Source of the DNA: Cyanidioschyzon merolae
Lineage: Eukaryota
DNA: 64,000 nucleotides
Assembly (NCBI GenBank): GCA_000091205.1
Contig: AP006498.2
Reading direction: 5' to 3' (one strand)
In this document: positions 43,317-56,390 of the stretch, piece after piece
Layout of the letters: every line of letters begins with the position of its first letter
Numbering within the stretch: position 1 is the first letter of the stretch
Notes under the pieces: model-generated
Database searches by the model: none
The model's input: only the letters and a program-made list of their open reading frames with translations
What the model was told of the DNA's origin: nothing
Program-made: the position numbers and the translations under genes

Positions 43317-43709
43317 CAGATTTACTGCGTACGCGATAGTAAGTAGACATGTTCCAGTTTAGGTCGATAAGGGTGTAAGGCACAGATACAGCGAATCTCG
43401 TGGAATACTACATGCGAAGGGCACCGCCTAGCGTACGCATGAGCTGCGCGTTGTACCCAAAACTGCAAAAGATTGCTCGCATGACTCAGATGCAGGTGCC
43501 TTGTCGGTAGGAAGTGCACATACGCGGCGTGCATGCGTCTCTTCTTGTCGTTGGCACGCTGCCAATGGCGGCTCTTGCATCACTGAGCACCTTCGACAGT
43601 TCGCTCGTACACGTCGTGCCCGAATAGAAATCTCGAAGCGCGAGGAGGACACGGTTCGGTGGTCGCTTTGAGGCGTGCACTGAGCGCCGCACCACAGCTG
43701 AACGCTGGC

Positions 43710-45191
43710 TTATGAGTGCGTCGCAGTGGACGCATCGCCGAAACGCTTTCGCGTCAACGGAATACCAGCTGCTCGGAGTACTCGCCGCATCTGGGTCGAA
43801 AGACCAAGCTCCTCCAGAGCTATCGCCCGTACCCAGCGACCTTGATCTCCATCATCCAGAAAGCATGGATTACCTGTAACTTCCACCCGAAACACCTGAA
43901 TATCCTGCCGAATATGCGTGAAGAGGTGCCGCACCATCTTTGGTATCGGGGTGATGGATACAACACTCAGCTTAAACGATTTCTGGGAATTGAGCGCTGC
44001 AGCAAGTTGTCTGAACACTTCCGATCCGGCCGCGCTCTCCCCGCCATCTTTCTCTTCCGGTTCGATGAATCCTTGCTGCGCTAGCGGATGCGGGTCAGCA
44101 TGGGGCAGGCGCTCCACCACGATGTTCGGTACCTCCCAGAGGCCACCAAGCAGGCCGTGCGAGGCGCGGCGTCTGACGTAATACAATGTCTCTGTGCTGT
44201 CTGACGCGGCATGAGGAGCAACAGAAGCGACCAACACGAAAGCTAAAAGCAGTTCTTGGCGAGCTCTGACGCGCGGCATATGACGTTGCAATTTCAGTTT
44301 TCCCTCGGAGATTTCCGCAACACCATAGGGCGTACTCTGCCGAACCGAAATGGGAAGCGCGGCCGCCCTGCAAAACTTCTGAACTGGGCACACCGCACAT
44401 GCCTCTTCTGTTACCTGTGCCGTGCACAGAGATCTCCCGAGGTCGAAAACAGCCTGGTTCCAGTCCCCTGGCCGGTTTGCATCCACGAGCTCCGAAGCTA
44501 CCGCTGCTAGGAGGCGCTTTCCATCTCCTTTCCACACGTTCGTGCAGCACATGCCAGCAAGGCGCGATACGACTCTCGTTGCGTTGCCATCGATTGCGGG
44601 AACCACTGCCCCGAACGCTATCGAGGCGATGGCGCTGGCAGTGTACACCCCAATACCTGGAACTTGTTCCAGATCCCGGACGGATGCGGGTATTTTGCCA
44701 CGGTTTTGTGCTACGATCCACTTGGCACCGGCGTGCAGCATCCGAGCACGGCGGTAGTATCCGAGGCCGGCCCACTGCTGCAACACCTCTTCCTCGGTAG
44801 CCGCAGCGAGCGCCTCAACGGTCGGAAAGCGTCGCATCCACTCCATGAAATACATCTCTACTGTCTTGACTCGAGTCTGCTGAAGCATCACTTCACTGAC
44901 GTAGACTTGGTAGGGATCGGGACGACCGCCCCGTTGGCGCCACGGTAACTGTAGCGCCTGGCTGTCGTACCAGCGCAAAAGTGCGCCCCGTAGCTGAGCA
45001 AGCTCTTCGAGGTCCCAAAGTCTCAGCTTTTCCGTAGCGAGGTGCTGGTGTCGAGCACTGCCACGCTTCGTGTGCGAGTTGAGCTGAACGTTGCGCTCTT
45101 TCATGTGAGCTGGAGCGGCTACCTTCTTGTGGCACAAGTTTGGTTTCAGAATGGACCCGCTTCGTCTAAGCGCACACACACTATAGGCCAT
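43710..45191 (-). CDS. MUTYH: A/G-specific adenine DNA glycosylase MutY/MUTYH (HhH-GPD + [4Fe-4S] + NUDIX-like C-terminal domain)
   Basis: 'LLRWYDSQALQLPWRQ', 'PYQVYVSEVMLQQTRVKTV', 'LQQWAGLGYYRRARMLHAGAKWIV', 'VPGIGVYTASAIASIAFG', 'VPAIDGNATRVVSRL' and the Cys cluster 'CTAQVTEEACAVCPVQKFC'. Confidence 0.85.
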   Translation of the reverse strand: MAYSVCALRRSGSILKPNLCHKKVAAPAHMKERNVQLNSHTKRGSARHQHLATEKLRLWDLEELAQLRGALLRWYDSQALQLPWRQRGGRPDPYQVYVSEVMLQQTRVKTVEMYFMEWMRRFPTVEALAAATEEEVLQQWAGLGYYRRARMLHAGAKWIVAQNRGKIPASVRDLEQVPGIGVYTASAIASIAFGAVVPAIDGNATRVVSRLAGMCCTNVWKGDGKRLLAAVASELVDANRPGDWNQAVFDLGRSLCTAQVTEEACAVCPVQKFCRAAALPISVRQSTPYGVAEISEGKLKLQRHMPRVRARQELLLAFVLVASVAPHAASDSTETLYYVRRRASHGLLGGLWEVPNIVVERLPHADPHPLAQQGFIEPEEKDGGESAAGSEVFRQLAAALNSQKSFKLSVVSITPIPKMVRHLFTHIRQDIQVFRVEVTGNPCFLDDGDQGRWVRAIALEELGLSTQMRRVLRAAGIPLTRKRFGDASTATHS

Positions 45192-45647
45192 CAGACACGT
45201 AAGAATCTATACCAGTCTCATTGCGAGTGATTCTAGTTGCTGGTCGTGGGGCACTAGCTGCAGACCCCGTGAAGCGCGTGCTCAAAGCTGCTGCGTTTGC
45301 CGTAGAGCGTTGGCCGTAAACGTTCCAGTGAGGAAACATTTCTGGTCTGCGCAACGTGGCAAACGACGTGTGCTTTGTAGCGTGGGAAAGGGAGCCCTTT
45401 TTTCTTTGGTTCGTCAGGTGCTTGATCACCACAATCGTTCGTCTTTCGCGTCGCGGTGGTGGATTCATTTGGTCCGAGCGTTCGTACTGCACACACCGGC
45501 CATACCTGTTGTCGTCGCCACGAGCGAGAGGACACGGCCATCCGGGACTTTTGTTGGGGAAAGGGCACAAGTAAAGGCCTCCTTCTACCCTTATAGGAAG
45601 CAGGTTGCGGTGCTTCGGACCAATCGACTTGTGGTGTACAACCTGGG

Positions 45648-46589
45648 TTGCAGAGAGGGTGCTTTCTCGCTGCACAGCGAAGCAGTGCGGCGCTCAAACG
45701 AGGCGGGCAGCGTTCGCCGCAGCGGCAACGGCAGCGTCGCAGGGTGGCAGGCTCCGGACACGGCTCAGAGCGCGTAATGGAGCCAGGCTCACCAGCGGGC
45801 GCGGGTGCTGAAGCCCCGGCTTTTTACAGTGAGCGCAAGCTCTCTAGAAAGCAGCTCAAGAAACTTGCAAAAGCTGAGCGAGAGTATGAGGAAGAGCGTC
45901 GCAAAGAACTAGAGGCTGCTCAGGCTGTGGATACCGCTCAAAAACGCGAGCTCGCTCGTATTGAGTCGATTCTCCGGACCCATGCTTTACGAATGGAGTA
46001 CGTGGAACCCGATGGTCACTGCCTCTTCCGAGCACTCGTTCGGCAACTTCGCCCTCTCATTCAGTCGGGACTTTTCGACACATACTTCCCTGCGGCGGAT
46101 ACAGAGACGCGCAGCGCTCTCTTGACCTGGAGCACGATTCCTGATGAAATGGAGGCGGTTTGGTTGTTGCGGAAGACGCTGGCCTCGTTCATTCGTCGTC
46201 GGGGAACCGAGTTTTTCCCCTTCATCGTCGGTGAGTTGGATCCCCAAGGAACGCTTCTCGACGCTAGTGACGATCCAGCAGAGCGTGTCGCGCAGTACTG
46301 CGCTCGACTCGAGGATGGAACGCTCTGGGGAGGCCAGCCCGAACTCCAAGCGGTCGCGCTCGCCCTGCGGTGTCGCGTTTTCGTCTTTGCCGACCCAGAG
46401 ATTCTACCCAATGGGATGCTCGTCATGGGGGCCGATGACGCATCCACAGACACTGGGGCAGAATCCGTGACAGCGCTTCGGGTATCCTTCCACAAGCAAT
46501 TCTTCTCTCTAGGCGAGCATTACCATGCGGTGGTTCCAGCGGATGACTCCCGCGGCGACGCCCGGGATCCCAGGATATCAGCATCGTGA
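45648..46589 (+). CDS. OTU-domain cysteine protease (deubiquitinase-like)
   Basis: OTU catalytic Cys box 'VEPDGHCLFRALVRQL' and His box 'HKQFFSLGEHYHAVV'. The start is probably the internal Met at about 45777 ('MEPGSP'). Confidence 0.7.
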   Translation: MQRGCFLAAQRSSAALKRGGQRSPQRQRQRRRVAGSGHGSERVMEPGSPAGAGAEAPAFYSERKLSRKQLKKLAKAEREYEEERRKELEAAQAVDTAQKRELARIESILRTHALRMEYVEPDGHCLFRALVRQLRPLIQSGLFDTYFPAADTETRSALLTWSTIPDEMEAVWLLRKTLASFIRRRGTEFFPFIVGELDPQGTLLDASDDPAERVAQYCARLEDGTLWGGQPELQAVALALRCRVFVFADPEILPNGMLVMGADDASTDTGAESVTALRVSFHKQFFSLGEHYHAVVPADDSRGDARDPRISAS

Positions 46590-46950
46590 ACCGAGCATTG
46601 CAAACTCTGAATGCCTCGGGAAGGATGCGGATATCACGGGTTTCTGGCGGACGGTCTTCCCATCAGCAGAGCATTCTGCAGCGAATTTCGCTCATGAGCC
46701 TCTGGATAGAACGATGCGCGTCACCCTTGCTCGATCAAGATGCTGAGCGAGAGCGCCTTTTCAGCGTACTACCGAGAGATCGCCACGTCAGCGAGTAAGT
46801 TTGTAGCCCGGATAGCACTGGAAAGCAGCCTCCATGCTACTCGCGTACGTCGTGCGCTAGCCGTTAGGGTGGGTATCCTGGACCGTTCCGCACGCTATGT
46901 GCAAGCGGTACGACGCAGGTCACAAGTGTGTCCTCGTCGCGAAAAAACAT

Positions 46951-48075
46951 TCAACTGCGCTGCTCCTCTGATGTTGTTTGAAGAACGCGCCCTCGCAGTT
47001 GCAGAGAACGCCAGGTTTGTTCGATCATGCAGAGAGCTGCCTCGAACTCGACCGTCGAACGAAATTCCCCAAAAATATAGCTTTGATCCTCACTGGTTAC
47101 GAGTCGCAGGTTCATCCCCTTTCCCCGTTGTACTTTTGTCACGTCTTGCAGCGCAAGCAGGAGACGGATCGGCTCGTGTCGAATGAAGCTCGGACGAATA
47201 TCGGTCTCGTAGGACGTTTCGTCAAACATGCGAGCAGCATCCATACTACTGAGGAAAGCCACATGCGTTTTTGTGATAAACAGACGTCCTGGTAGAAGGT
47301 AACGACGCTCCGGTGTGAGATCGTTGTGACTACAACGATAACGCTGAACAAGCGCTACGCGAAAAGCATCGACAACTCGTTGGGCTCGGGTTGTGTCATG
47401 TTCGGCATCAGGCGCGCCCTCTGGACCGCCTGTGTCTCGTTGCTCCGAAGCTCCTAATTCCCGGCTTTCTTTCTGGGCAAAATATCGCTCAAAGAGCTTC
47501 TGGAAACATGCTGGATCGTTGCTCTCGAGGAGTGCAGCGAACGCAGCGTCCGCGTCGACAACATCAGAAGAGACCACTGAGTTTTTTGACTCTCTTGCGG
47601 GTTCCAAGAAGCGATATCCTGATTCGTCTAAGTTCATATGCGCGGAAACGAAGTTTGAGAAGGAGCGCCACGAGTCCAGCAGGCTGCCAGAAGCGGCCTC
47701 ACCGGGGTCGGGCGGTTTATGCTCACCGCGTTGCTCGCTCGAGACACTCTCACTCGTTGTATGCTGCTCCTCATAAAGCGTGCCAACAAGCGTACTGAGC
47801 TTGCTCAAACGTTTCCGCAACTCCAAGGAGGCGTGTTCTAACGTCTCTTGCGCTTTACGGGCGGCGTCCTCGAGTCGCTGGTTCAGCTCCGCTTTCGACG
47901 TGGCCGAGTTTGTACTGGAGTCGACTGCTGGCACGACACTTGTCAGATGCTGAATCGCTTCCTGTTCTTCAGTATCTTCAGCGGACTTGAGTGCCTCTGC
48001 GTCCGACGGTGCTGACGACGTCATGTTCGGGTAAGAAAACCCGTTCGCGTAACCTGTTCCTCGAGCCGCCAGCAA
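46951..48075 (-). CDS. GRAM-domain-containing protein (C-terminal GRAM-like fold), acidic N-terminal region
   Basis: C-terminal 'LLPGRLFITKTHVAFLSSM...IRLLLALQDVTKVQRGKG...YIFGEFRSTVEFEAAL' follows the GRAM domain pattern. Confidence 0.45.
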   Translation of the reverse strand: MLAARGTGYANGFSYPNMTSSAPSDAEALKSAEDTEEQEAIQHLTSVVPAVDSSTNSATSKAELNQRLEDAARKAQETLEHASLELRKRLSKLSTLVGTLYEEQHTTSESVSSEQRGEHKPPDPGEAASGSLLDSWRSFSNFVSAHMNLDESGYRFLEPARESKNSVVSSDVVDADAAFAALLESNDPACFQKLFERYFAQKESRELGASEQRDTGGPEGAPDAEHDTTRAQRVVDAFRVALVQRYRCSHNDLTPERRYLLPGRLFITKTHVAFLSSMDAARMFDETSYETDIRPSFIRHEPIRLLLALQDVTKVQRGKGMNLRLVTSEDQSYIFGEFRSTVEFEAALCMIEQTWRSLQLRGRVLQTTSEEQRS

Positions 48076-51000
48076 CGCTCGTAAGCCGGTACACCCGGGA
48101 GCACTGAATATCGGAATGCCTGCACCGCCACACCCGTTTTTATTTTGTTTGTTTGTTTTTCTTGCAGGTATTCAACATAAGCGGTTTATTGTGTGGATTG
48201 AGGCAAAGTTGCTGGGAGAATTTATGCTAGCGTTCATAGCTTGGGAACAACCGCCTTACTTGGACGAAGTCAGTCGAGATTCGGTCAGCAGCTGAATGAA
48301 CCAATCCACCACCAGTACGTATTCTGAACATCGTGCATCCAAAACAGCACAAGTCAAACGCTATCAAGATGCATATATCCTGGTGAATCCATCATGCTAC
48401 GTACATTGTTTGCGCAATATTATCAAAGACGCTACAGAAAGTAACTTATCCGTGCCTTTGATACAAACGTGGATGAAGAGATACGGATGGACAGCGGAAA
48501 GCCCGCGCTGCGATTCGAGACGCTCGCGCACCCAATCACGGACAATCACGTTCGGTACCGAAACGCGAACGCTTCCTACATGAGCGACCGGATTTCGTGT
48601 CAGTCGCCAAGACTTCATTCAGCAGCTGTGGTAGACCTGTATATGAGCACGCTATGGCGGGCAAACCGCTTCCTGGAAGAAGAGACATGCGAGCATGACG
48701 ACAATATCAGCCCTGGCGGCGATGCTCTTGCCTGGTCGCCTACGAATCGTAACACGGACATGATCGTCCAGTGGGCCATGCTTCGTCGGACCACGTTCCG
48801 TGGCTTCTTCTTCTCACATTTTTCTGCCCGTCTCGTAGATAACGTCACTATCCATCACGCCAGTGCGGTTCCGGAGCATGTATCAGGCAGTAGCACTGAG
48901 CTGCTCTTCGTGTGAGTCTGTTCGTCCTGGTGCAATGCAGCCGAGTGCGTCTTCTCTGTTCTAGAACTGTCTTTTTTCCACTCGCCAATCAATAGACTAG
49001 TCGTTCGCATCCATGGCGCGGAAAGATGCAGGACGTCACAGAGGTTCACATAACAACGGATTCGAACAATGCTCGCCTGGTTTCATTCGCCTTGAAGCAT
49101 CCCATCAAGTATCTGTTCGTACGAGTCCCGGACGCAGGGCAACCGGGCGTCCATATTTCTCTGGAGTTTTTCCATCAGGAATTCGTGTGACAACGCAAGG
49201 GATGCTCAGTGCAGGGGATTCCATGCGGACTGATCCTAAGGATAGAGACATGCACACACGCTTCCTAAAATACTCGGACGCGTCTCCGTGCCATCTCGGG
49301 AATGGAAACGTCTCTAGAGCAGGTGCCAAAGAGTATGAAACGATCCTCAGAATCCAAAACAATTTGCGGGCCAACGTCGAGCGCTCCATGGTGCACATCC
49401 TGTGGACGTTGTACTGTTTTGTTGCCTCACTTTACTGGCCCAGAGAAACAGAAACGGATGGGATAGGTTCCTGAAGTCTGGACCGGAGCAAGTGACAAGC
49501 TGCTGGTGACGGAGCAGCTGGAGCTGCAAGCAAGTTCGGAGCACATGTCGTACCGAGAGCGAGAATCGCCTCTGTTCTGACAAGCTCATCGTGTTGAGCC
49601 CGGACTCGGTTCGACAGACGTCGTATGCAAAGCACGGCTGAAACCTAGTTTCTGCCTTTCTTCATGTTGCGCTACTACGTTTTCGTGAACAGATCCCTAC
49701 ACAGCAAAGCAGATATGCCCTCCGAATCGGAACGAGCTGACCGTTTGATGCGCCCCTGCCACGCAGTCCACATACACCTCATGAAAGCGCATGAAATTGC
49801 CCTAGACATTTGCGTAGTGTGCTTCATGGCCTTCTCGGTGCGCTACGCATACTCTCGGCGAACGCGTATTAAGCATTCGCACTACCTTGCGAGGAGCATT
49901 GGCGGGGCTCGTTCATGATTAACCGTTTGCAGGGAGGATATGGACAGAGGTTCATAGGATCCATAAAAACCTACGGACCATCAGTCTCACTGCACGCTGT
50001 GAAACCCAGGCATGAGTCGAGCAGCGAAACGTACTTTCATTTGTTCAATGTAGACGAAGAGAAAGATAAGGCAGCGGGCATGGGTCCCGGTTTCAAGAGT
50101 ATCGTGGCCATTGCGGCAGCTCTGTGCCAAGACGACAGCGCCAAAGATCCGAAAGCACATGAAGGTGGTTGGCTTTGTCAGGCTGAAGCACGATCGGCAT
50201 TCATGCATGATAGACGCCAGGAGGCACACCAGCAAGCGGAATGACTTCATCAGCGCTTGCCTCAACGCTCTGAGCAATGAATCGGGCGGCGAGGGAGTTC
50301 TCTCTACACCTCTTTCTGAGAGAATAAGCGCGTCGAAACTGCTCTCGCGAAAGATCTTTTGTGCGATTACGTGAGATACCCGCGAGATTTGCCAACGGTT
50401 TCGGCTGCACGGAGCCTAGAGACAGGCATTCGCCGAGTTTTCCAGTCAGCTGCAAAAGGAAATGACCGATCAATCGCGTCGTTTGGTGCTAGCCTATGCC
50501 GCTGGACATGCTGCAGCGTACAATAGCTGCACTGGTGCTCCTTCGACAAGCGCGCGCACCAAGTACAGGAATCGACTCTGAACGAGTACCGTCAATGATT
50601 TCACGACGATTTAGGCGCATCACGACCACGGGTGTACACCAAAAACCTGCATAGAAGAAGAGAGTGAAACAGAGCCGCATCCGCCGGGTTGTGTAGGCAA
50701 GTTGAACTAACGTCGGTTAGGGAAGCAATCAAAGGTGCAAGTCGTGCTTTGGTACGCCTCCGCAAGCAACCATGCCCGCGAGCATGCTCTGCACGGAGAC
50801 TTGAAAGCCTGGATCAACATCCGGAAATATTTCGTGGATCTGAAGCATTCAGCGGCATTGTTTGGAGCAAACTTGTCACGAGAATATTGAGTACTCTTTG
50901 TTCGCATCATGCTGAAATACGGAAGACTTTCGCTGAGATGAAAACAGCACCCAGTCTACGAAGCATTGGATTCCAGCCCAGAAGAAGGCACAGGACCGGA

Positions 51001-51459
51001 ACGGTACGGTAAAGGCAAGCACTCTAGAACGGTTGCAGCGCTGCACAAATGTACACCGAGAACAAGTTCACTGCGCGATTGTTGAACGATGACGATATCC
51101 CATGATTCGGTATAAGTGAGCAGGTACTGGCGTGGAGCTCCCTGGCCCTCGAGGCTGTTCTTTCGCGTCTACGGCTTCCATTGTGACGACGCTGGAACCA
51201 TGCAGAACATTGTACTCGTGTTCCCAACAACACTTGTCAATCTACAATGGGCGGCTCATGCGTGTGGAACTGTTGCTGGGGTCGGAACGCGACCTGCGCC
51301 AGTCCAATGGTCTGCGTCGAGGCGACGCTGCCGGCACCCGGGACGAGTACGATCCGCCTCCGGCAAAATGGTTCTTCGCTTTGAGGCTGCTGAGAGACAC
51401 CACCAGCGGTCGTGAAGATCGTAAGGCTCCGTGCTGCGTTCAATATACGGCACTGAGAG

Positions 51460-52962
51460 GTGTTTTCGGGGGGTCAGGTGAACAAGTGCAGTTTTTGGAA
51501 GCGCGCTGACGACTGGAAACTGCTGTCCGACCCGTTTGTCGGAGCGAAGAACGCTGGTTGTGGCAGCCTTTCTGAGACTCGCTGGGCACCGCTACCGGCA
51601 ATGAAGCCACTTCTCGTTGCGTGGTGCTCTCAGCGGCCAGCATGGGTGTCTAGCGTCACAAGTTTGAGGCCTGTGTACTCTTCCGTAGATACGCGATGCG
51701 GTGCGTGCTGCCGAACTCGACACCGGCCACAGCGCGTACGACGATTGCGGAACAGTTGCAGGTCACGTGTGGTCGCCTCGGGCACCGAGGCTTCGGATCA
51801 CTCGCCAACTGGAGAACTGAAGCTCTCGAAACGATCGGGCGTTCGTGGACGGGTCTTTCTGTTGGCGGTGCCTTTCATCTGGTCCACATATTCTCCGAGC
51901 ATGCGGTTCCTATTCCAGTTATCGGACGTGCCGCCTTCAGCGGCTCTCCTCAACCTGGGCCCAGCACTCTGCGGTGCACTAGGTTTTTTGGTTCCGATTC
52001 TCATGAAACTCGGCGGGCGATCTGCTTCGGCTTGGGGTCGCTCGGGAACGAGTGCAGCGGGTGGAGGACGAAGCGCACTTCCCTTCTCCATACCGCACTT
52101 TCCTGCTGGATTCGCGGTCGGCATCGAGCTCGGAGTCTACATGTTTCTTGGGACTGTTCTGCAGTTACTTGCACTGCGCTTTAGTCCGGCATCCCAGGTG
52201 GGTTTCCTGCTCCAGACAAGCGTCGTATTCACAGCACTTCTGCAACGATTCTGGGCGTCTCGGGCAGCTTCGGCCAAAAGTTCGCAAGACTTGCGCCAAG
52301 GCGCGGCGATCGCATGTAGCCTGTGTGGGACCACTCTGCTCATTCTCGACGATGATCCGGATATGTTTCGGAGAATGCTCAGCGGCCTGGGGCTTGCGAG
52401 TAAACCCGCTCTGCATCCGGGAATTGCGTTCATCGAGGGATGTACGCCGCTGTCTGCGAAATTGGCAGGTCAGATAAGTGCTCTGGCGGCCGCTGTGCTC
52501 TATGCACTGTTCACTATACGACTCTCAAGTGAACGGGTGCGCAAAAGCGATGCCATTACAGTTGCTTCCGTGAAAACCGCAACACTGGCCGTGCTCTCGC
52601 TGATCTGGTACTCTATGCGCGCTGACTGGCAAATGGATGCAGCGTTTTTCCACCGCGCAGGTCAATCTGGTTTAATTGCGTACATTCTGAGTACGATTTG
52701 GAACGGTATTTTCGGGACAGCACTAACGACCTGGTTGCAGGTAAAGGGCCAAGGGGCCGGTCGCGTCTCTCCTACAGAGGCGGGTATTGTGTACGCAACA
52801 AGTCCGCTCTGGGGTGCGTTTATCTCGGTAACGCTGCTCCAGGAGCGAATGGGATGGCTTGGTTGGTTCGGCTCAGCGCTCATCCTCAGCAGTGTGGTGT
52901 TAATGAATTTGCGCCAATCTGACGCAACGTCGAATGCGAACGAATCCAAGTCTGCATCATGA
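51460..52962 (+). CDS. EamA/DMT-superfamily-like polytopic membrane transporter
   Basis: At least 8 hydrophobic helices. The C-terminal region 'GIVYATSPLWGAFISVTLLQERMGWLGWFGSALILSSVVLMN' resembles EamA domain ends. The first ~150 codons are Arg/Cys-rich. Confidence 0.45.
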   Translation: MFSGGQVNKCSFWKRADDWKLLSDPFVGAKNAGCGSLSETRWAPLPAMKPLLVAWCSQRPAWVSSVTSLRPVYSSVDTRCGACCRTRHRPQRVRRLRNSCRSRVVASGTEASDHSPTGELKLSKRSGVRGRVFLLAVPFIWSTYSPSMRFLFQLSDVPPSAALLNLGPALCGALGFLVPILMKLGGRSASAWGRSGTSAAGGGRSALPFSIPHFPAGFAVGIELGVYMFLGTVLQLLALRFSPASQVGFLLQTSVVFTALLQRFWASRAASAKSSQDLRQGAAIACSLCGTTLLILDDDPDMFRRMLSGLGLASKPALHPGIAFIEGCTPLSAKLAGQISALAAAVLYALFTIRLSSERVRKSDAITVASVKTATLAVLSLIWYSMRADWQMDAAFFHRAGQSGLIAYILSTIWNGIFGTALTTWLQVKGQGAGRVSPTEAGIVYATSPLWGAFISVTLLQERMGWLGWFGSALILSSVVLMNLRQSDATSNANESKSAS

Positions 52963-54182
52963 ATGAGTGCTACTGGTTCCCGATGGCATCCGCTCGCGTT
53001 GAATTCATCCCTGCACGTGGCAAAACGTGCGTATTCTTGTCGTTGATGCATGGACGGTGCGATGCAGCACCATTGCAAATACCCGCTGTTCCATATTGCT
53101 CCATGTTGTTGCGGGACAAGTTTGCTATCGAACGATCGCGAGCAGGGCGACGTTGCAAGTGGCCCAGCGCTTCCAAGAAGACGGACGATTAACTTTTAGC
53201 GTACGCCTACGCGCCACTCCATGTTTACCAAGCAGACAGATGTGTACTCAGTTCTACTCGAGGCCGCCGCCGCCGCCGTACACCCACTGCCCACATCAGA
53301 CATCGGTTGCGGTGTGCAAAACTGGACAAACCCTTGGCATGCGCCTGTGCCAGCTTGTGTTTGTCAGACGAAAGCACCTGGTCCCACTTTTGACCGCCAT
53401 GTCGCCGTATCGGACGCTGGCGTTGCCGCTCAGGTGCAGATATCACCCTTACTTTGCTCGACAGACGATCGCCGTTGCGACTACCACGTCACGGATACGA
53501 CTTGGCGGGAAAATGCGCGACACGCATGCAGGCAAGACCGATCGGAGACGGCGCACGTGCTGCTATGCGTGCACTGGACACGTATCTCCTTCGGTTACAA
53601 CGACGGATTCGTAGTTGAGTCCTCCTATTTACAGAGCTTCGTATTCGTCAAACCTGTCGTGAAGCATGTCCCGCAACCTCGAAACATTCGTCACTGAGAC
53701 TCACGAAAAGGCGCAGGCCACAGGAACTTCAGTTTCGGGGAATATTTCATCCAAAAAACGGCAGGAGTCAACCGGGGCGGATCGATCGGATTCCGAGCAT
53801 CGGCGAAGCCGTGGTCTACTACCCCCAATCTTGCATTTGGATGGCCTTTGCGGCGCTGACAACTTCGACGATGCATTCATGCACGGTTATATGAGCACAT
53901 GCAGTGCTGAGCGTCCATCCTGGCTCGACAACGTGGACTTTCTCGATTGTCTTTTGCCGTGCTTCGATGTTCTGCTCGACGAACAACCGCAATCACCTGC
54001 CGAGAACGATGAGCCGGCAGAACCAACTGATACTTTTTAGAGAATCTGTACAGGTTGCCTACGGGAATGTTTGGGTGCTTGGATTGGTCGCACGCAACCG
54101 AAACCGGCAACCGCAGCGCGTTCCGCGACAAACGCGGGATCCGCTCCGTACTCCAAACGAGTGACCGGGTTCTCTGGGATGC

Positions 54183-54202
54183 CACACACACACACACACA
54201 CC
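54183..54202. repeat. (CA)n microsatellite
   Basis: 'cacacacacacacacacac'. Confidence 0.8.
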
Positions 54203-56390
54203 CGTTCGAGGGCGCTGTGACTGTCATGCATTGCTTGATCGCTGCAATTTGTGTGTCCTGATCATACGTTCCAATAATCCCGCTCAGGCCGGGTGTGGAA
54301 TGTGACGCTGCCTGGCCTCGAAGAGTTCCTCGCATGTTGCTGGCGGCCAAGAAACATGCAGGGTGATGTGTTCGCCCAGGCTCGCGCTCGGCAGGCGTTT
54401 CAAGTGCATCGCGTGCAACCGCGTTGCTAGCGCCCAAAGTTAGCAACTGAGGGTCCTCAAAGCGCTTACGTATAGAGCTTGTAAAGACTTGTTTCATCCA
54501 GCTTTGCAGGTGCTAGCGTTGTCACCAATCGAAACGAAGCACTCAGCTCCGTGGCTTCGCCTTTGTTGTGGAGTCGGCAAGAGCGGAAGAGCGTTGCCCG
54601 GCAGCGCCTTGTCGACTATTCTCGTAGCAGTCACGAAGCAACTTCAGAGGTTCCTGGCAAGCGGACCAGTCTCGGTCGTGCTCGCCAAGGCAGGCCTCTA
54701 GTCGCTCGTACGCCTCCCTGCACCCGTGCAACTCGAGAACCTGCTCTATATCGCAAGACGTCGACTCAGAGTTTGTACGCATTTTGTTCTATAGCATTCG
54801 AGATAGATACCGCCTGAGCCTAGACTTGTACGCTATCAAGCTCTTGACGCAGCGCGCTTGCCGAAATAGGTTTTAACGGCGAGTACGCAGTCGAACGGAT
54901 GAACGACGCGCGGTTGCAGGGGTCGGCGCGTCGCGGATGCTGCGCGCAGCTTCCAGCTCAAGATCGCTTCTCCGCAGTGCGGCATCGCCGCTACCACAGT
55001 TATGAAGACGATCTTGTCTCGCGATCCCGATAGAGCACAGTGTAGTGCCGGGACGGTGGACTTGCGGACCGACGATATCGATCCAAACCGTCGGTAGAAG
55101 AACGTCCGCTGCACCGATTGGTTGCTGTGATGCATATCAACTCGAAGTTCGGGCCTAAGAAGCACCTGGACTGGTGTCAGCGCTATGGAGTTCGAGAAAC
55201 TAGCACCACTTGGAGTTGGTAACGCGTGCCGCGCTGGGTTGACGGTCTCTGGGCTGTTTGTAAGTTCGGCAAGTTTTGATATGTCTGTCGAGGTACCAGC
55301 GTGCGCCTTGCTCTGGAGATTTTGTAGAGCGTCATGGATAGCTCGAAGCCACCATGAACGCTTGATTTTTTGAAGTAAACGTTCTGCTTCTCGGATTTTC
55401 GGTGGTGCACCCGACGAAAAGACCCGTAAGACCTGAGTACGCGAAAGGAAAACGTGACCAAGGAACATTATCCAAGTGTAGCATGAGCGTTCTCAGCGAT
55501 TGCCCACTTCTCCATCATCGTTCAAACCGTCGCTTGTTTTTCTAATGCCACGAGCTCGTGGCTGGCTCACATCGAACTAGGCAGCACCCCAGGTGCAATG
55601 ATCCCAAAATATCAACAGGATGATGCGCCCAGCGCTGCGGATGAAATCATTACGGTTCGATTGCATCGTCCAAAACGCCTGTTGGACAATGTTTACATCT
55701 GAAACGCTCCCAGAAGACTGAAATCAGAGAGCATGAGCTCTTTTAAGCGGCGCCTTCCGTCATGTGCCTGGATGAATCGCAGGCTCGCGGTGACGATCTC
55801 AAACCAAGAGACTGTCACGAGCGATCGTTGATCGAGGACGCCTGCAGGCTTTGGCACCACAGCGTTCCAGCCGGAATGCGCATCAGGCGTCCAGGTCGGG
55901 CTCGCTGAACGATGTCGTGCTGTTTCGACGAGACTGCTATATGGGAATCGACTTGCACGTTATCGCGAGTGGAGCAGTCTCTACATGCAGTCGCGATTGC
56001 TCATGCATGCGCGCGTTATCCTGAAACAAGCTTGGAAACGCAGGATCTGTTGCAGCGCTTCAGTGGGCCCGAAACGGCTTATTACAGGGTCGTTCACCCT
56101 GCAACTTTAGCTGAGACGCGCTACCACGAGTGTGATCCATCTATCGTCATTAGTATGATGAAAAAAAATTGCGCCTATTGCATTAACCAGTGATGCTTCC
56201 TACGGTCCATGATTCGAACGATTCACTTTTCCCATCCTTTTCCGTCAAGCACGAAATCCGGGTGGAAAATACGCTTGCAGCATCCTTATATCACAACTTG
56301 AGCCTAGAGGTTGCACGCGCGAGTCCATCCATCATTGTCCGTGGAGAGTAGCCGCTGGAAAGGGCATTCCATTTCCGACGCCGCAGTCAG

